DNA of 64,000 nt, from positions 715,760 through 779,759 of the forward strand of contig OY762210.1 of NCBI GenBank assembly GCA_963665255.1, given 5' to 3'. Positions 25,661 through 34,498 of this stretch are shown one piece after another. The translations under genes were made by a program, and so were the position numbers. Source of the stretch: Dehalococcoidia bacterium (GTDB lineage: Bacteria; Chloroflexota; Dehalococcoidia; Lucifugimonadales; UBA1123). Numbering within the stretch: the stretch's first letter is position 1; every line of letters starts with the position of its first letter. Under the pieces are notes generated by a model, which worked only from the letters and a program-made list of their open reading frames with translations, was not told the DNA's origin and made no database searches.

Positions 25661-26752
25661 CTAGTTGACCCGTACCGACTCCGACTCGCTCTCTGTCACT
25701 ATCCCGGCTCTGGTCTCAGGGTCGAGCAGCGAGTTGAGCCTCGGGTGGTTGACCGAGTACCTCGTCGTGCTGACGAGGCTGACCGTACGGCCCCCGATCT
25801 TCACCTTGGTGTCCGTCTGCCCCCGCATCCACGCCTTGAGGGTGTCGAGCGCGGCGCGCTTCGCCTTTCCGGGATCCTTCAGGGCAGCCTGCGCCTTCGT
25901 GTATGCCGCCACCGCGTCCCGCGCCTCGTCGTCGCTCACGTGCTCGATCTCCATAGCCCCGTCATCTTCCACAGCACCCGGCAGGCAGATGTCGAGGAAC
26001 GGGCAGTAGCGGCACTGCCAGTCACCCGCGGAGAAGTCCCGGTCGGGCAGCGCGTCGGGGTCAGGTCCGTTGAGTGAGTGGTGGGCGGCAAGCCCGGCGA
26101 GCCACTCGCAGGCGTCCTGCAACGCCCGCCTAAGCCGGTCTGCCGGAATGACCTCGTGGTCCCACGTCCTGTTTCCGGTGTCCATCGTGACGATTGCGGC
26201 GTCGCGCATCTCCCCGTACAGTCCGAGGGTGTAGAAGGCGGCCTGCGCGACCGATTCGGGGTGGCTGCGCTCAGCTCCGAGAGTCCGCCATCGCTTGAAG
26301 GCGTCCGGCGCGCGGGTCTTTATCTCGACGAGCATCTCGTCGCCGTGCGTGGGAGCGGGAGGCTCATCGTCGAAGAGGAACAGCTGCGGCGCCCGCGTCT
26401 CGTCTTCCGCCAGGGGCATCCGTCCCATCGCGTCGGGGTGTCCGGTCACGATCATGTTCGGACCGATCCTCACGGCGACCTGCCGGGGGTCATGGGGATC
26501 GGCGGCGTCGACCAGCCAGCCTGCTCGCTCCATCGCCCGCACGACCACAGGCTCAAGCGCGTTGCCCGCCTCCATCGCAGTCAGGGACTCCTCGCTCGGC
26601 GGGTTGGTGGGCCGGTAGTCTGTCGCGGCGTGCCAGAGGGCTCGGCGGCAGCTGAGCGCCGCCGAAGCGCGCACCTCGATGTTGCCGTCGTCGTCGAACC
26701 GTGCGGCAGGACGGGAGAACACCTCCGCCCTGTCCATCGTCTGAGTCGTCAT
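25661..26752 (-). CDS. PD-(D/E)xK nuclease, Cas4/RecB-like with C-terminal Cys cluster
   Basis: 363 aa. ...HPDAMG..., MLVEIKTRAP (E-x-K), and C-terminal WQCRYCPFLDIC as in Cas4/AddB-type nucleases. Confidence 0.65.
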   Translation of the reverse strand: MTTQTMDRAEVFSRPAARFDDDGNIEVRASAALSCRRALWHAATDYRPTNPPSEESLTAMEAGNALEPVVVRAMERAGWLVDAADPHDPRQVAVRIGPNMIVTGHPDAMGRMPLAEDETRAPQLFLFDDEPPAPTHGDEMLVEIKTRAPDAFKRWRTLGAERSHPESVAQAAFYTLGLYGEMRDAAIVTMDTGNRTWDHEVIPADRLRRALQDACEWLAGLAAHHSLNGPDPDALPDRDFSAGDWQCRYCPFLDICLPGAVEDDGAMEIEHVSDDEARDAVAAYTKAQAALKDPGKAKRAALDTLKAWMRGQTDTKVKIGGRTVSLVSTTRYSVNHPRLNSLLDPETRAGIVTESESESVRVN

Positions 26753-26768
26753 GTCTCTCGCTCCTGTG

Positions 26769-26818
26769 TCCTGTAAACGGGAAGCGGGGCCGCGCCCGAA
26801 GGAGACGACCCCGCTTCC
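26769..26818 (-). promoter_or_regulatory. conserved intergenic cassette: hairpin + GTTTACAGGA + RBS (copy 1)
   Basis: Minus strand GGAAGCGGGGtcgtctccttcgggcgcggCCCCGCTTCC-cGTTTACAGGA, then RBS and ATGACGAC. About 80% identical over ~75 nt to the copy at 27778-27824. Confidence 0.5.
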
Positions 26819-26839
26819 GATTTCCGATGTACGCGCCGC

Positions 26840-27268
26840 TCATGCAGCGGCACTCATGCCCGTTTCCCGTGCTGCGTCTCCCTGCTCCGCCGCCCTGATG
26901 CGGGTCCTGGATCGAGTCCTGGACAGGCTCTTGAGAACGTGCGCTATGCCGTCGCCGAGTCCCAGGACGGCCACACGGGTGCCGTCCGCCAGCAAGTTGT
27001 AGTACGGCTGCATCTCGGCGATACCCTCGCACTGCTCGATGATCTCCTCGACCGGGGTGCCTCGTCGCAGGTGCAGCGAGATGAGACGGCAGGCAAGCTC
27101 GGTGACCCCGTGCTGGAAGCTGCCGCCCTTGCCGAGGAAGCCGAACACCTCGAACGGCTCGCCGTCCTCGTCCGTAGTGACGGTGACGTACAGGTTGCCG
27201 AACTCCGTGCTCAGCTTCGTGGTCGTACTGGGCAGGCTGCGCGGCCTGGGCCGTGTCGTCTCGCTCAT
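26840..27268 (-). CDS. TSCPD-domain protein
   Basis: Start at MSETT. EVFGFLGKGGSFQHGVTELACRLISLHLRRGTPVEEIIEQCEGI resembles the TSCPD domain (RNR-associated fold). Confidence 0.55.
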   Translation of the reverse strand: MSETTRPRPRSLPSTTTKLSTEFGNLYVTVTTDEDGEPFEVFGFLGKGGSFQHGVTELACRLISLHLRRGTPVEEIIEQCEGIAEMQPYYNLLADGTRVAVLGLGDGIAHVLKSLSRTRSRTRIRAAEQGDAARETGMSAAA

Positions 27269-27765
27269 GTCACCCTCCTCTCCACTGTGCAGAGCGGCAG
27301 CGTCCGGCTGCACTCCACGGCCTCCATCCTGCCGTGGACCCTGACCATCTCCCGGTCTCCCACGAAGGACTCAGCCTCGACGCGCGTGTCGAACCGCTCG
27401 AATGGGTCGGTTGCCAGGCCGCCGAAGAAGGCTATGGCGTGGTAGTGGAGGCCCGGTGGTTGGGAGCGGATGAACGGCAGGGCGGGCGCGTAGCGGTCGA
27501 AATAGCCGGCAACCGTGAGCGCCATCTCCCTATCCCGGTCGTCGCCGATTCCCAGGAGCGTCCTCATTATCGGCTCCTCGCAGTCCTCCTCGGCGAAGCT
27601 TTTGTAAAGCATCACGCCCTGCACGGTGGGGGGCAGTTCATCCCAGCGCTCAGGGCTGAGCTTCAGCCCGCCGTGGCTGGGGGTGGAGACCCTCCAGACG
27701 CCTTCGGCAAGCTCCTCGATGTCTCTTGTCCAGCCCCAGGGTGTGGGGATTACGTTCGTCGTCAT
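27265..27765 (-). CDS. hypothetical protein (TPWG...HGG motif, DUF7007-like from memory)
   Basis: Start at MTTNVIPTPWGWTRD...VSTPSHGGLKLSPERWDELP. 166 aa. Confidence 0.5.
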   Translation of the reverse strand: MTTNVIPTPWGWTRDIEELAEGVWRVSTPSHGGLKLSPERWDELPPTVQGVMLYKSFAEEDCEEPIMRTLLGIGDDRDREMALTVAGYFDRYAPALPFIRSQPPGLHYHAIAFFGGLATDPFERFDTRVEAESFVGDREMVRVHGRMEAVECSRTLPLCTVERRVT

Positions 27766-27777
27766 CGGTCTTCTCCT

Positions 27778-27824
27778 TCCTGTAAACCGAGAGCGGGGCC
27801 GCCCATGAGAGACGAACCCCGCTC
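27778..27824 (-). promoter_or_regulatory. conserved intergenic cassette: hairpin + GTTTACAGGA + RBS (copy 2)
   Basis: Minus strand GAGCGGGGttcgtctctcatgggcggCCCCGCTC-tcgGTTTACAGGAAGGAG...ATGACGACG. Confidence 0.5.
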
Positions 27825-27853
27825 GATTCCGAACCTTTGATGCCACCGGCTTA

Positions 27854-28732
27854 CTAGGCCGCCTTCTGCATCTCACGCAGCTTGTTGTCGGCGGCCTTCA
27901 CCAGCGGCGCGAGCTCGTCGGCAGTCAGCTCGTCGACGCCCTTGCCGGTCCTCTCCACTACGGCGGCGCGAACACCGTCCTCGTCAAATCCCTGCTCAGT
28001 CGCGATCTCGAAGAGCCGCCTGCGGAGCATCTGTGCCTGCGACTCGCCGTGGTCCTCGGGCTGTGACCCGCTGGATCCGTCAGTGGTCTGGCCGTTGGTC
28101 TTCGGAGGTACGCGCTGCGGCCTGGACGAGCCGCCGGTCCGAGACTTTGGCTCCCCCGAGCCTGTCGAAGGTTCCCCGTACAGGCCGTTGCCGAAGCGGT
28201 CTCCAAAGCTCCTGAGCGCGCGCTTGAGGCCGTCGGTTACGGCGCCCTTCAGCGCGGTCTCGTGGCCGTCAGGCGTCTCCTCGGTGACGGCGTGGAAGCC
28301 GACGTCGGTGCGCGGAGGCGCGCCCGGAACTGTGACCCGTACAGGCGCGCTGTAGGCGCGGATGAGCTTCACCTCCCCGGTCCCGGGATCGACATTCTCG
28401 ATCTCCCGGAGCGTCACGTCCGCGAGCAGCTCGTACCCCCAGCCGCCGTATCCGAACACCCTGTTGGCCTCCGAGATGGCGACGTGGCCCTCGATGTACG
28501 AGAAGGTGCGCCCGGCGCGGCCCCTGCGCTGGGAGACCAGCGCGGGGTCGAGGGGCTGCGCGAGAGCGTTGGTGACGGCGGGCGAGAGGCCGTCCCAGTA
28601 CAGAGCCTGCCCCGCACTCGATGCGGGGTCGTGCTCGCCGACGATTGCGGCGTCGGGCCTGTGGCCGTTCATGTGGACGAGGCCGTTGCCGGTCCCGTTG
28701 CGGTCGTGTCCGTTGTTGGTGCCGTTTGACAT
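27854..28732 (-). CDS. Rad52/22-family single-strand annealing protein
   Basis: Start at MSNGT. FSYIEGHVAISEANRVFGYGGWGYEL plus ALKGAVTDGLKRALRSFGDRFGNGLY match the Rad52-like annealase core. Confidence 0.7.
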   Translation of the reverse strand: MSNGTNNGHDRNGTGNGLVHMNGHRPDAAIVGEHDPASSAGQALYWDGLSPAVTNALAQPLDPALVSQRRGRAGRTFSYIEGHVAISEANRVFGYGGWGYELLADVTLREIENVDPGTGEVKLIRAYSAPVRVTVPGAPPRTDVGFHAVTEETPDGHETALKGAVTDGLKRALRSFGDRFGNGLYGEPSTGSGEPKSRTGGSSRPQRVPPKTNGQTTDGSSGSQPEDHGESQAQMLRRRLFEIATEQGFDEDGVRAAVVERTGKGVDELTADELAPLVKAADNKLREMQKAA

Positions 28733-28913
28733 GTCCTGTCTCCTTGTGTGTCGTTCCTGTAGCGAATGGCCGATGCGGGATCCCAGGCGGGAAGCCGTGA
28801 GCGGGGCAAGCCCCGTCGATTTGGGATGAAGCGGGAGCGGGGCCCGCAAGCAAGGGGCGGAGCGGTCAGGGCTCCGTCTGAGGGGAAGGTGTCGAGGGAG
28901 TGTAGGGAGGCCG

Positions 28914-29960
28914 CTACCGTGCGGAGCGGGCTGCCCGCACAAGCAAGCGCAAGAAAAGCGAGCGGCTGTTGGGGATGGCGGCAAGCTCGGCCACGTCGCC
29001 GACACCCTCTGGAAGGGTGACCACAGCGGCGCGGTGTCCAAGCAGGGCCGCAAGACGCAAGGTGGCCTCAAGTCCCCCGTCGTCCGAGTCGAAGGCTAGG
29101 AAGACCCTGGGGCAGCCTCTCAAGGCCACGGCGACCCGCTCGACGCCCTTCGTCCCAAGGGCAGCGCAAGCCGGGATGTCCCAGGCCGCAAGCGCAAGCC
29201 AGTCGAAGACTCCCTCGGTCACGACGACCCACTGTGGCGTGGGTCCGAGCCTGCCAAGTCCAAGCACGGGTTTGGGACCCGGAGGGGCCTGGAAGCGAGG
29301 CTTCGCGTCGGAACTCACCGCGCGGCCCTTGAGCCAGCGGACAAGACCGCCTGAGACCTCCGGGACGACCACCATCCCGGAGAACCGCTCCGCTCCGCGC
29401 TCCATGAACAGACCGGAGTCTCGGATGCGCCTTGTGGAGAAGCCCGCCGACTCAAGTGACTGCCGCAGCCCGTGTCCAGGCGAGTAGCCGAGTCCGAGCC
29501 GGATTGCCGCGTCAGGCCCGACACCCCGCGAGGCGAGGTAATCAAGCCCTTCTGAGTGACGGCGGAGCTGCCGTGCGTAGAACCGTGCCGCCGCCGTCAG
29601 CAGCGCCGGATCGTGGGGTGGCAGAGCAACGGCCTTCCGACGCCTGGCCCGCACCGCACGAGTCACTGTGGGGTAAGCGCCCCCGTCGAGCCGCCTGATT
29701 GCCTCGGGCAGCGTGAGGTTCTCCGCGCGCCGGATGAAGTCCAGAACGTCCCCGCCAAGACCGCAGCCGAAGCAGTACCACCGCTCCGAGTCGGCGTACA
29801 CCGTGAAGCTGCCCTCGGCCTCCTCGTGGAACGGGCAGACGCCCTGGCGGACCCTGCCGCGCCCCCTGAGCCGAACTCCCGACGCCTCCACCGTGTCGCC
29901 CAGGGGGTGACGCGCCTTCAGCGTCGGGATGTCGACCGAAGCGTTGGTCGCGACCATCAC
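28914..29960 (-). CDS. DNA primase (CHC2 zinc finger + Toprim)
   Basis: 348 aa. CPFHEEAEGSFTVYADSERWYCFGCGLGGDVLDF (zf-CHC2). Toprim VVVTEGVFDWLAL ... LAFDSDDGG. Confidence 0.8.
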   Translation of the reverse strand: MMVATNASVDIPTLKARHPLGDTVEASGVRLRGRGRVRQGVCPFHEEAEGSFTVYADSERWYCFGCGLGGDVLDFIRRAENLTLPEAIRRLDGGAYPTVTRAVRARRRKAVALPPHDPALLTAAARFYARQLRRHSEGLDYLASRGVGPDAAIRLGLGYSPGHGLRQSLESAGFSTRRIRDSGLFMERGAERFSGMVVVPEVSGGLVRWLKGRAVSSDAKPRFQAPPGPKPVLGLGRLGPTPQWVVVTEGVFDWLALAAWDIPACAALGTKGVERVAVALRGCPRVFLAFDSDDGGLEATLRLAALLGHRAAVVTLPEGVGDVAELAAIPNSRSLFLRLLVRAARSAR

Positions 29961-30460
29961 GCACCTCCTCCTTCGACAGGCTCAGGACAGGTTCTTTTCA
30001 GCGGTCTCAGACCGCGCAGGCTGCGCCGCGAGACCAGCTTGCCCGGCCTCCAGTGCATCCCCAGCACGGCCACGACCTCCAACGCGCCGTCGCCGTGAGG
30101 AACCAGCGCAGCAGCCCTGCCGGTGCTTTGGGTGTACACCAGCGTGTCCCTGTCTCCGAACCGCCGCTTCACCAGCTGCCTCCACTCTGAGAACGCCCAC
30201 CGAGCATGGTTCGTCTCCGCCCTCGCCATGTCGATGCTTCCGAGCGCCACCAGCGCGTCGTCGATCTGTCCCGCCTGCCTGAGCCGCCTAGCCTCGTGGA
30301 CGCTCCGCGCCACGCTCGGCGATGCCATCAGAGCCACAGTCTCCGGCTCCTCACTGAACAGCGCGGCCATGAGCCGGTCGACCATCTCTTCGAGGCTGCG
30401 CCTAGGCCGGGCCGCCGTGTTCACCGTCCGTACGTGAGTCACCAAACTTGACGTCGTCAT
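29957..30460 (-). CDS. hypothetical protein
   Basis: 167-aa ORF. Its 3' end (…CPEPVEGGGA*) contains an 18-nt REP-like string that also occurs at 51596-51613. Confidence 0.45.
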   Translation of the reverse strand: MTTSSLVTHVRTVNTAARPRRSLEEMVDRLMAALFSEEPETVALMASPSVARSVHEARRLRQAGQIDDALVALGSIDMARAETNHARWAFSEWRQLVKRRFGDRDTLVYTQSTGRAAALVPHGDGALEVVAVLGMHWRPGKLVSRRSLRGLRPLKRTCPEPVEGGGA

Positions 30461-30531
30461 CGTTGCTACCTCCTGTGTCGTCGTACTTGCCGTGTCGTCT
30501 TTGGATCAGCGCCCGATTTCGGGCAAAGAAG

Positions 30532-30560
30532 AAGGGCCGTCCCCGGAAGAGACGACCCTT
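30532..30560 (-). promoter_or_regulatory. related intergenic hairpin (copy 3, diverged)
   Basis: Minus strand AAGGGTCGTCtcttccggGGACGGCCCTT shares the GGGTCGTCTC...GGCCC core with the copies at 26780 and 27791. Confidence 0.4.
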
Positions 30561-30587
30561 GTGATTGGGATGGGTTGTGGAGCCGGT

Positions 30588-31055
30588 CTACCAGCGGACC
30601 CACCGCTTGAGACGGCGGGTGAACCGCCAGACCAGCAATGCTGCTACGCCGAGACCGACGAGGTTGAGGATGGCTGCCTCGACCCCGTGTCCGAGCAGCA
30701 GAGGCGGCGCGACGACCAGGGTGATCACCCCAGCAACCGCGACCCGCTTCGGCGTCCACCACGCCTGCCATGGGAACCTGAGAGCCGTGCCCCTCACGGG
30801 CTCGTAGGCGTTCCAGATGGGCAGTCCGATCAGCGCTTCCAGGTGGGTAACGACCAGCCCTCGAGTGCAGCCCCCGGTGTGGCAGCGCACGTCGATGCCG
30901 TTGCCGTCCGGCCTCTGCCTGAAAGCCAGCCCGTCCGACTTGCCTCCGTGGCAGATGGCCGTGGTGGTCCAGAACCAGCCCCTATCGAAGCTGACCCTGT
31001 GAGGTATGAGGTTAGCTATCCGCATCGCGCTCGGTCCCACGTACTGTTGCGTCAT
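30588..31055 (-). CDS. hypothetical membrane-anchored protein
   Basis: Start at MTQQYVG (RBS GAAGGAGG). Contains CHGG...CHTGGC. C-terminal TM segments VAVAGVITLVVAPPLLL and AAILNLVGLGVAALLVW. Confidence 0.45.
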   Translation of the reverse strand: MTQQYVGPSAMRIANLIPHRVSFDRGWFWTTTAICHGGKSDGLAFRQRPDGNGIDVRCHTGGCTRGLVVTHLEALIGLPIWNAYEPVRGTALRFPWQAWWTPKRVAVAGVITLVVAPPLLLGHGVEAAILNLVGLGVAALLVWRFTRRLKRWVRW

Positions 31056-31690
31056 TTTCGTTCCTCCTTCTGAGCTTGTGTCCGTCATATCCGTAGTCGC
31101 CATTCGTTGCCTCCATGCTGGATATCATGCCGTTGACTTCCGTGAAGCCGTGTGGCGTTCCGAAGACGCCCGCAGCCCGACGACGAGTCGAACGTGTGAC
31201 GCCTGTTGAAATAAGAACGCAGCTTGCCGGGGTTTGGAGACCTCCGGGGGAAGCCGCGAAGACGTGTGGCAACCAGCCTGCGATTGGCAGACCGGCGCGT
31301 GTCGAAGCTGCGGTCAACCGGGAGCCGGTTGCGCCGCAGGCATGTGAAATCGGTCGAAGCGTCAGCTGTGCCTCAACCTGAGTGTCCCGGCTTTCGAGAC
31401 GGTGTCGGAGGAGCAGTGCTCGACTCCTGGACCGGCTCACGCATCGGGAATGCGTTCGTCCCTCGTGGAACGCCGTCGGGAGAGCGGGGCTCGATCCGTC
31501 AGGTCGCTCCGGGTCAGGGACTGACCCTCCAGGTTTCTCAGGCACGAAACGCTGGAAAAAGCCGGAAAGTAAGTCGATTATCACCCGAACAGATGGGCGA
31601 ATGGAAGACCGGAAACGCCCAAATCGCCCCTATCCACACAGATTGCTTGCTGTGACGTAGCTGCTACGTGGCAGGGGCCCAGGACCGACC

Positions 31691-32515
31691 CTACTTCCTC
31701 CACAACCCAAAGGTTAGAAAGCGCAGCAGCAGCGCCCGTCTGCGATTCCTCCCCGCGTTCTCCATGTACAGCTCCCTGAGCCGGAGCTGCTGGCGCCGGT
31801 CGAAGCCGTCCCAGGGATACGTGGCAGGCGGCAGCGTCAGCTCGTGGGTGTCGATCAGCTCTATCTCGACCTCCAGCGCCTTCATCCTGGCGTCTGCCCT
31901 CTCCAGCGCGGTCCCGGTCGCCACGGCCCGTTTGTACTTCGCAGTCGCCCTTCGCCACTCGACGATCACAGGCGTGGCTTCGCCGTACACCAGCTCCTCG
32001 CCGGGTTCGGCCTCCTCCGTCACCAGCTCGCGGTGCTCCCTCCACGGAGGCCGGGAGATGGGCTTCTCAGCCTCCGCCTGAGCCGTCTCCAACGCGCCCT
32101 CGACGCCCTTCGCCGACTTCAACCGCGCCAGCCGACGCTCCAGCTGCCGGATGGCCTTCGCCCGCTCCTCCCCCGCCGCCTCGCACCTGCCCTCGACACC
32201 TTCGAGGCCGTCCCGAAGCTCTGTCTCCAACGACTCCACGCGCTCGGCCAGAGCCTCCACTCTCTCACGCTGCTGTGCGGCAGCCGAGCCGCCGCCCAGC
32301 AGCAGGTGCCTCTCCAGCGCGTGGCTCATACGCACGGTCAACCGGCCCGACTCCTCGGCCCGGACCACGGTGCGAAAACTCACGCCCAGGGTATCCGCCG
32401 CCTTCACCCTGCCCTCGCCCTCGACCATGTCCCGCAGCAGCGCCATGAGCCGCACGTGCCGAAGACTCTCCAGGCTGCGGCTGGATCCGGGGTACAGCTC
32501 ATCTTCTTTCGCCAT
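31691..32515 (-). CDS. HTH + coiled-coil regulator candidate
   Basis: Start set at MAKEDE (the track's maximal start is TTG 32542). AADTLGVSFRTVVRAEESGRL is HTH-like, followed by a long Glu/Arg/Ala coiled-coil-like region. Confidence 0.5.
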   Translation of the reverse strand: MAKEDELYPGSSRSLESLRHVRLMALLRDMVEGEGRVKAADTLGVSFRTVVRAEESGRLTVRMSHALERHLLLGGGSAAAQQRERVEALAERVESLETELRDGLEGVEGRCEAAGEERAKAIRQLERRLARLKSAKGVEGALETAQAEAEKPISRPPWREHRELVTEEAEPGEELVYGEATPVIVEWRRATAKYKRAVATGTALERADARMKALEVEIELIDTHELTLPPATYPWDGFDRRQQLRLRELYMENAGRNRRRALLLRFLTFGLWRK

Positions 32516-32521
32516 CTCGCT

Positions 32522-32620
32522 CTCCAGATTGCCTTTTGTCAATTTCCAAAGCTACCGCTGTCCACTTTCGCGCCCCGCTCCAGATTGCCCTTTGTCAATT
32601 TCCGAAGCTGCGTCTGTCCA
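32522..32620. promoter_or_regulatory. two 43-nt direct repeats (period 56 nt), each carrying TTGACA on the minus strand
   Basis: CTCCAGATTGCCyTTTGTCAATTTCCrAAGCT...CTGTCCA occurs twice with 5 mismatches. Lies in the divergent region between the regulator gene (-) and the T4SS operon (+). Confidence 0.5.
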
Positions 32621-32920
32621 ATTCCCATGGAATGAGCCCCGGAGACGAAGTGCTTGCAGGTTACGTCCTGTAGGGGGTTGATTCACGCCTGAATCAGCTT
32701 TGATCCGCCCTCGTTCAGGTCATCTCCGCCACGCTCGAATCGCTGTACACGGGTATTACACCACGACCGGCTCGACATTTATCAGGCCTCGTGAGGGGGG
32801 CCTCCGCGCGTGCTCGGGCGCGTCGAAAGGCCCCCCTCAGTCACCATTCCGAAGCGCGTTCCGGCTCCCCACACTCGATTGCAGACGACACGAATCCACC
32901 TGCAACGAGGAGGCGAAGAC

Positions 32921-33523
32921 GTGGGAACGAAAGAGACGACCCGGCGACCCCCTGGCCCCTGGCGGCTGACATCCCTGGCCGCCGCGCTGCTTCTGGCGGC
33001 GCTCGTGGCGATCCCATCGAGCGGCGTCGCACAGGCCCAGGGATCAGGGATCGCGCTGGTCAACTCCGACCGCGAGTTCGTCGAGCGCAAGAAGGGCGGC
33101 GAGTTCGTCGCCCGACCCGTCTTCGACCGCAAAATCACGACCCTCTACTACGCAGTCCGAGACGCCGACACCGGCGACTGGATAAGCGCCATGTACCGGG
33201 TGGCCGGAGGCGAGAAGCAGCGCAGCGACGGCTGGGAGTACACCTTCGAGTACCCGTCGCTTGACGAGCAGCCCGACCTCGATCCCGACCGCGCCTACCT
33301 GCTGGCGATGCTTGGCGCCTCCGGCGGCGAGAGAGATGCCTTCCACGCGGTCGTGCCCATCTATGAGCCGACCAGGATCTGGGACAGGGTGCTGTCGGCG
33401 CTCAGCCCGGCTCGCTGGGCGAGGGCGTTCGCAGGCTGGGTGATCGAGGGGGTGCACGGGACACTCTGCGGAGTGGTCGAGCGCGCGTCCGGCGAGGACG
33501 CCGACAACTGCCGGGGAGGGTAG
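32921..33523 (+). CDS. secreted hypothetical protein (first gene of T4SS operon)
   Basis: GTG start after GGAGG. Signal-like WRLTSLAAALLLAALVAIPSSGVAQA. Confidence 0.5.
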   Translation: MGTKETTRRPPGPWRLTSLAAALLLAALVAIPSSGVAQAQGSGIALVNSDREFVERKKGGEFVARPVFDRKITTLYYAVRDADTGDWISAMYRVAGGEKQRSDGWEYTFEYPSLDEQPDLDPDRAYLLAMLGASGGERDAFHAVVPIYEPTRIWDRVLSALSPARWARAFAGWVIEGVHGTLCGVVERASGEDADNCRGG

Positions 33524-33526
33524 AGC

Positions 33527-34498
33527 GTGGAAGACATCCTCACCGGAACCCCCGCCGAACTGACCTACAACCACCCGCTGGTGCGGCAAGCGTGGATGAT
33601 CGTCTGGGCCGTCGCCTCCGGCGCGCTGGTGGTCATCCTCGGATGGATGGGGCTGAGCCTCATCATATCCGAGCACCTGGGCCGCCAACAGACGGGATGG
33701 CGGGAGATGATCCCCAGGCTCGTGCTGGGCCTGGTTGCCGCGGCGTCGTCTCTGTGGTGGTGCGCGCTTGTTCTCGACGTGGCGCACGCCGTGTGCGGCT
33801 TCATCGCCGCGTCGTTCGGCATCATCCCCGGGGACCTGCTGCGCTCGACGCTGAACACGCTGCTGACGGCGGTTGAGGCCGGAAGCGTGGGAATGGCGCT
33901 GCTGCTCGCGGCACTCTACCTGGTGTACGGCCTCTTCGTGCTGTACGTGCTGGTGCAGATGATCCTGCGCCTCGCGCTGATCGACATCCTGCTCGCGCTG
34001 GCGCCGGTCGCGCTGGGGCTGTGGATACTGCCTCACACCGCTGGCTGGGGCCGCCACTGGCTGCGGCTGTTCATGACGACGACCTTCCAGCAGGCGATCC
34101 AGCTGATCGCGCTGGGGCTTGGGTTCGGGTTCCTGAACCAGGTGGCGCAGATAGCTGCGTTCGAGCCGGTGCAGGACCTGATCTGGAAGCTGCTGATGGC
34201 GCTGGCGTTCGTGTACATGGCGACCCGTGTGCCGTCGATGCTCGGCAACGCCGGGACGTTCGACTCCTGGCTCTCGACTCTCTACTTCGGCATGTCCATC
34301 CCGGCGTCGATAGCGCGCTCGGCCCGGACCGTCGGGCTGATAGGTGGAGGCGCTGGAAGCATGGCCGCCGGAGCGACGGCCGCGAGCGCCGGGCTGTCGG
34401 CTGCTGCGAGCGGTGTCGGCTCGGCAGCCTCCACTGCCACCCCGTCCGCAGGTGGCGCCACCGGGGGTGGACAGACCCCCAGGAGTGCAAGCGAGTGA
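33527..34498 (+). CDS. polytopic membrane protein, VirB6/TrbL-like
   Basis: 323 aa with at least 6 hydrophobic spans and a Gly/Ala/Ser-rich tail. Position ahead of the pilin-like and VirB4 genes. Confidence 0.5.
   Translation: MEDILTGTPAELTYNHPLVRQAWMIVWAVASGALVVILGWMGLSLIISEHLGRQQTGWREMIPRLVLGLVAAASSLWWCALVLDVAHAVCGFIAASFGIIPGDLLRSTLNTLLTAVEAGSVGMALLLAALYLVYGLFVLYVLVQMILRLALIDILLALAPVALGLWILPHTAGWGRHWLRLFMTTTFQQAIQLIALGLGFGFLNQVAQIAAFEPVQDLIWKLLMALAFVYMATRVPSMLGNAGTFDSWLSTLYFGMSIPASIARSARTVGLIGGGAGSMAAGATAASAGLSAAASGVGSAASTATPSAGGATGGGQTPRSASE

Noticed and set aside
31012-31584. 190-aa minus-strand ORF filling the 590-bp gap.
   Set aside because: It is Arg/Ser/Thr-rich, overlaps the start of the downstream gene in another frame, and has no RBS. 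The region is treated as non-coding.
32522-32620. Mini-CRISPR or transposon terminal repeats.
   Set aside because: There are only two copies, separated by 13 nt, located in a promoter region and containing -35-like boxes. No cas or transposase genes are nearby.
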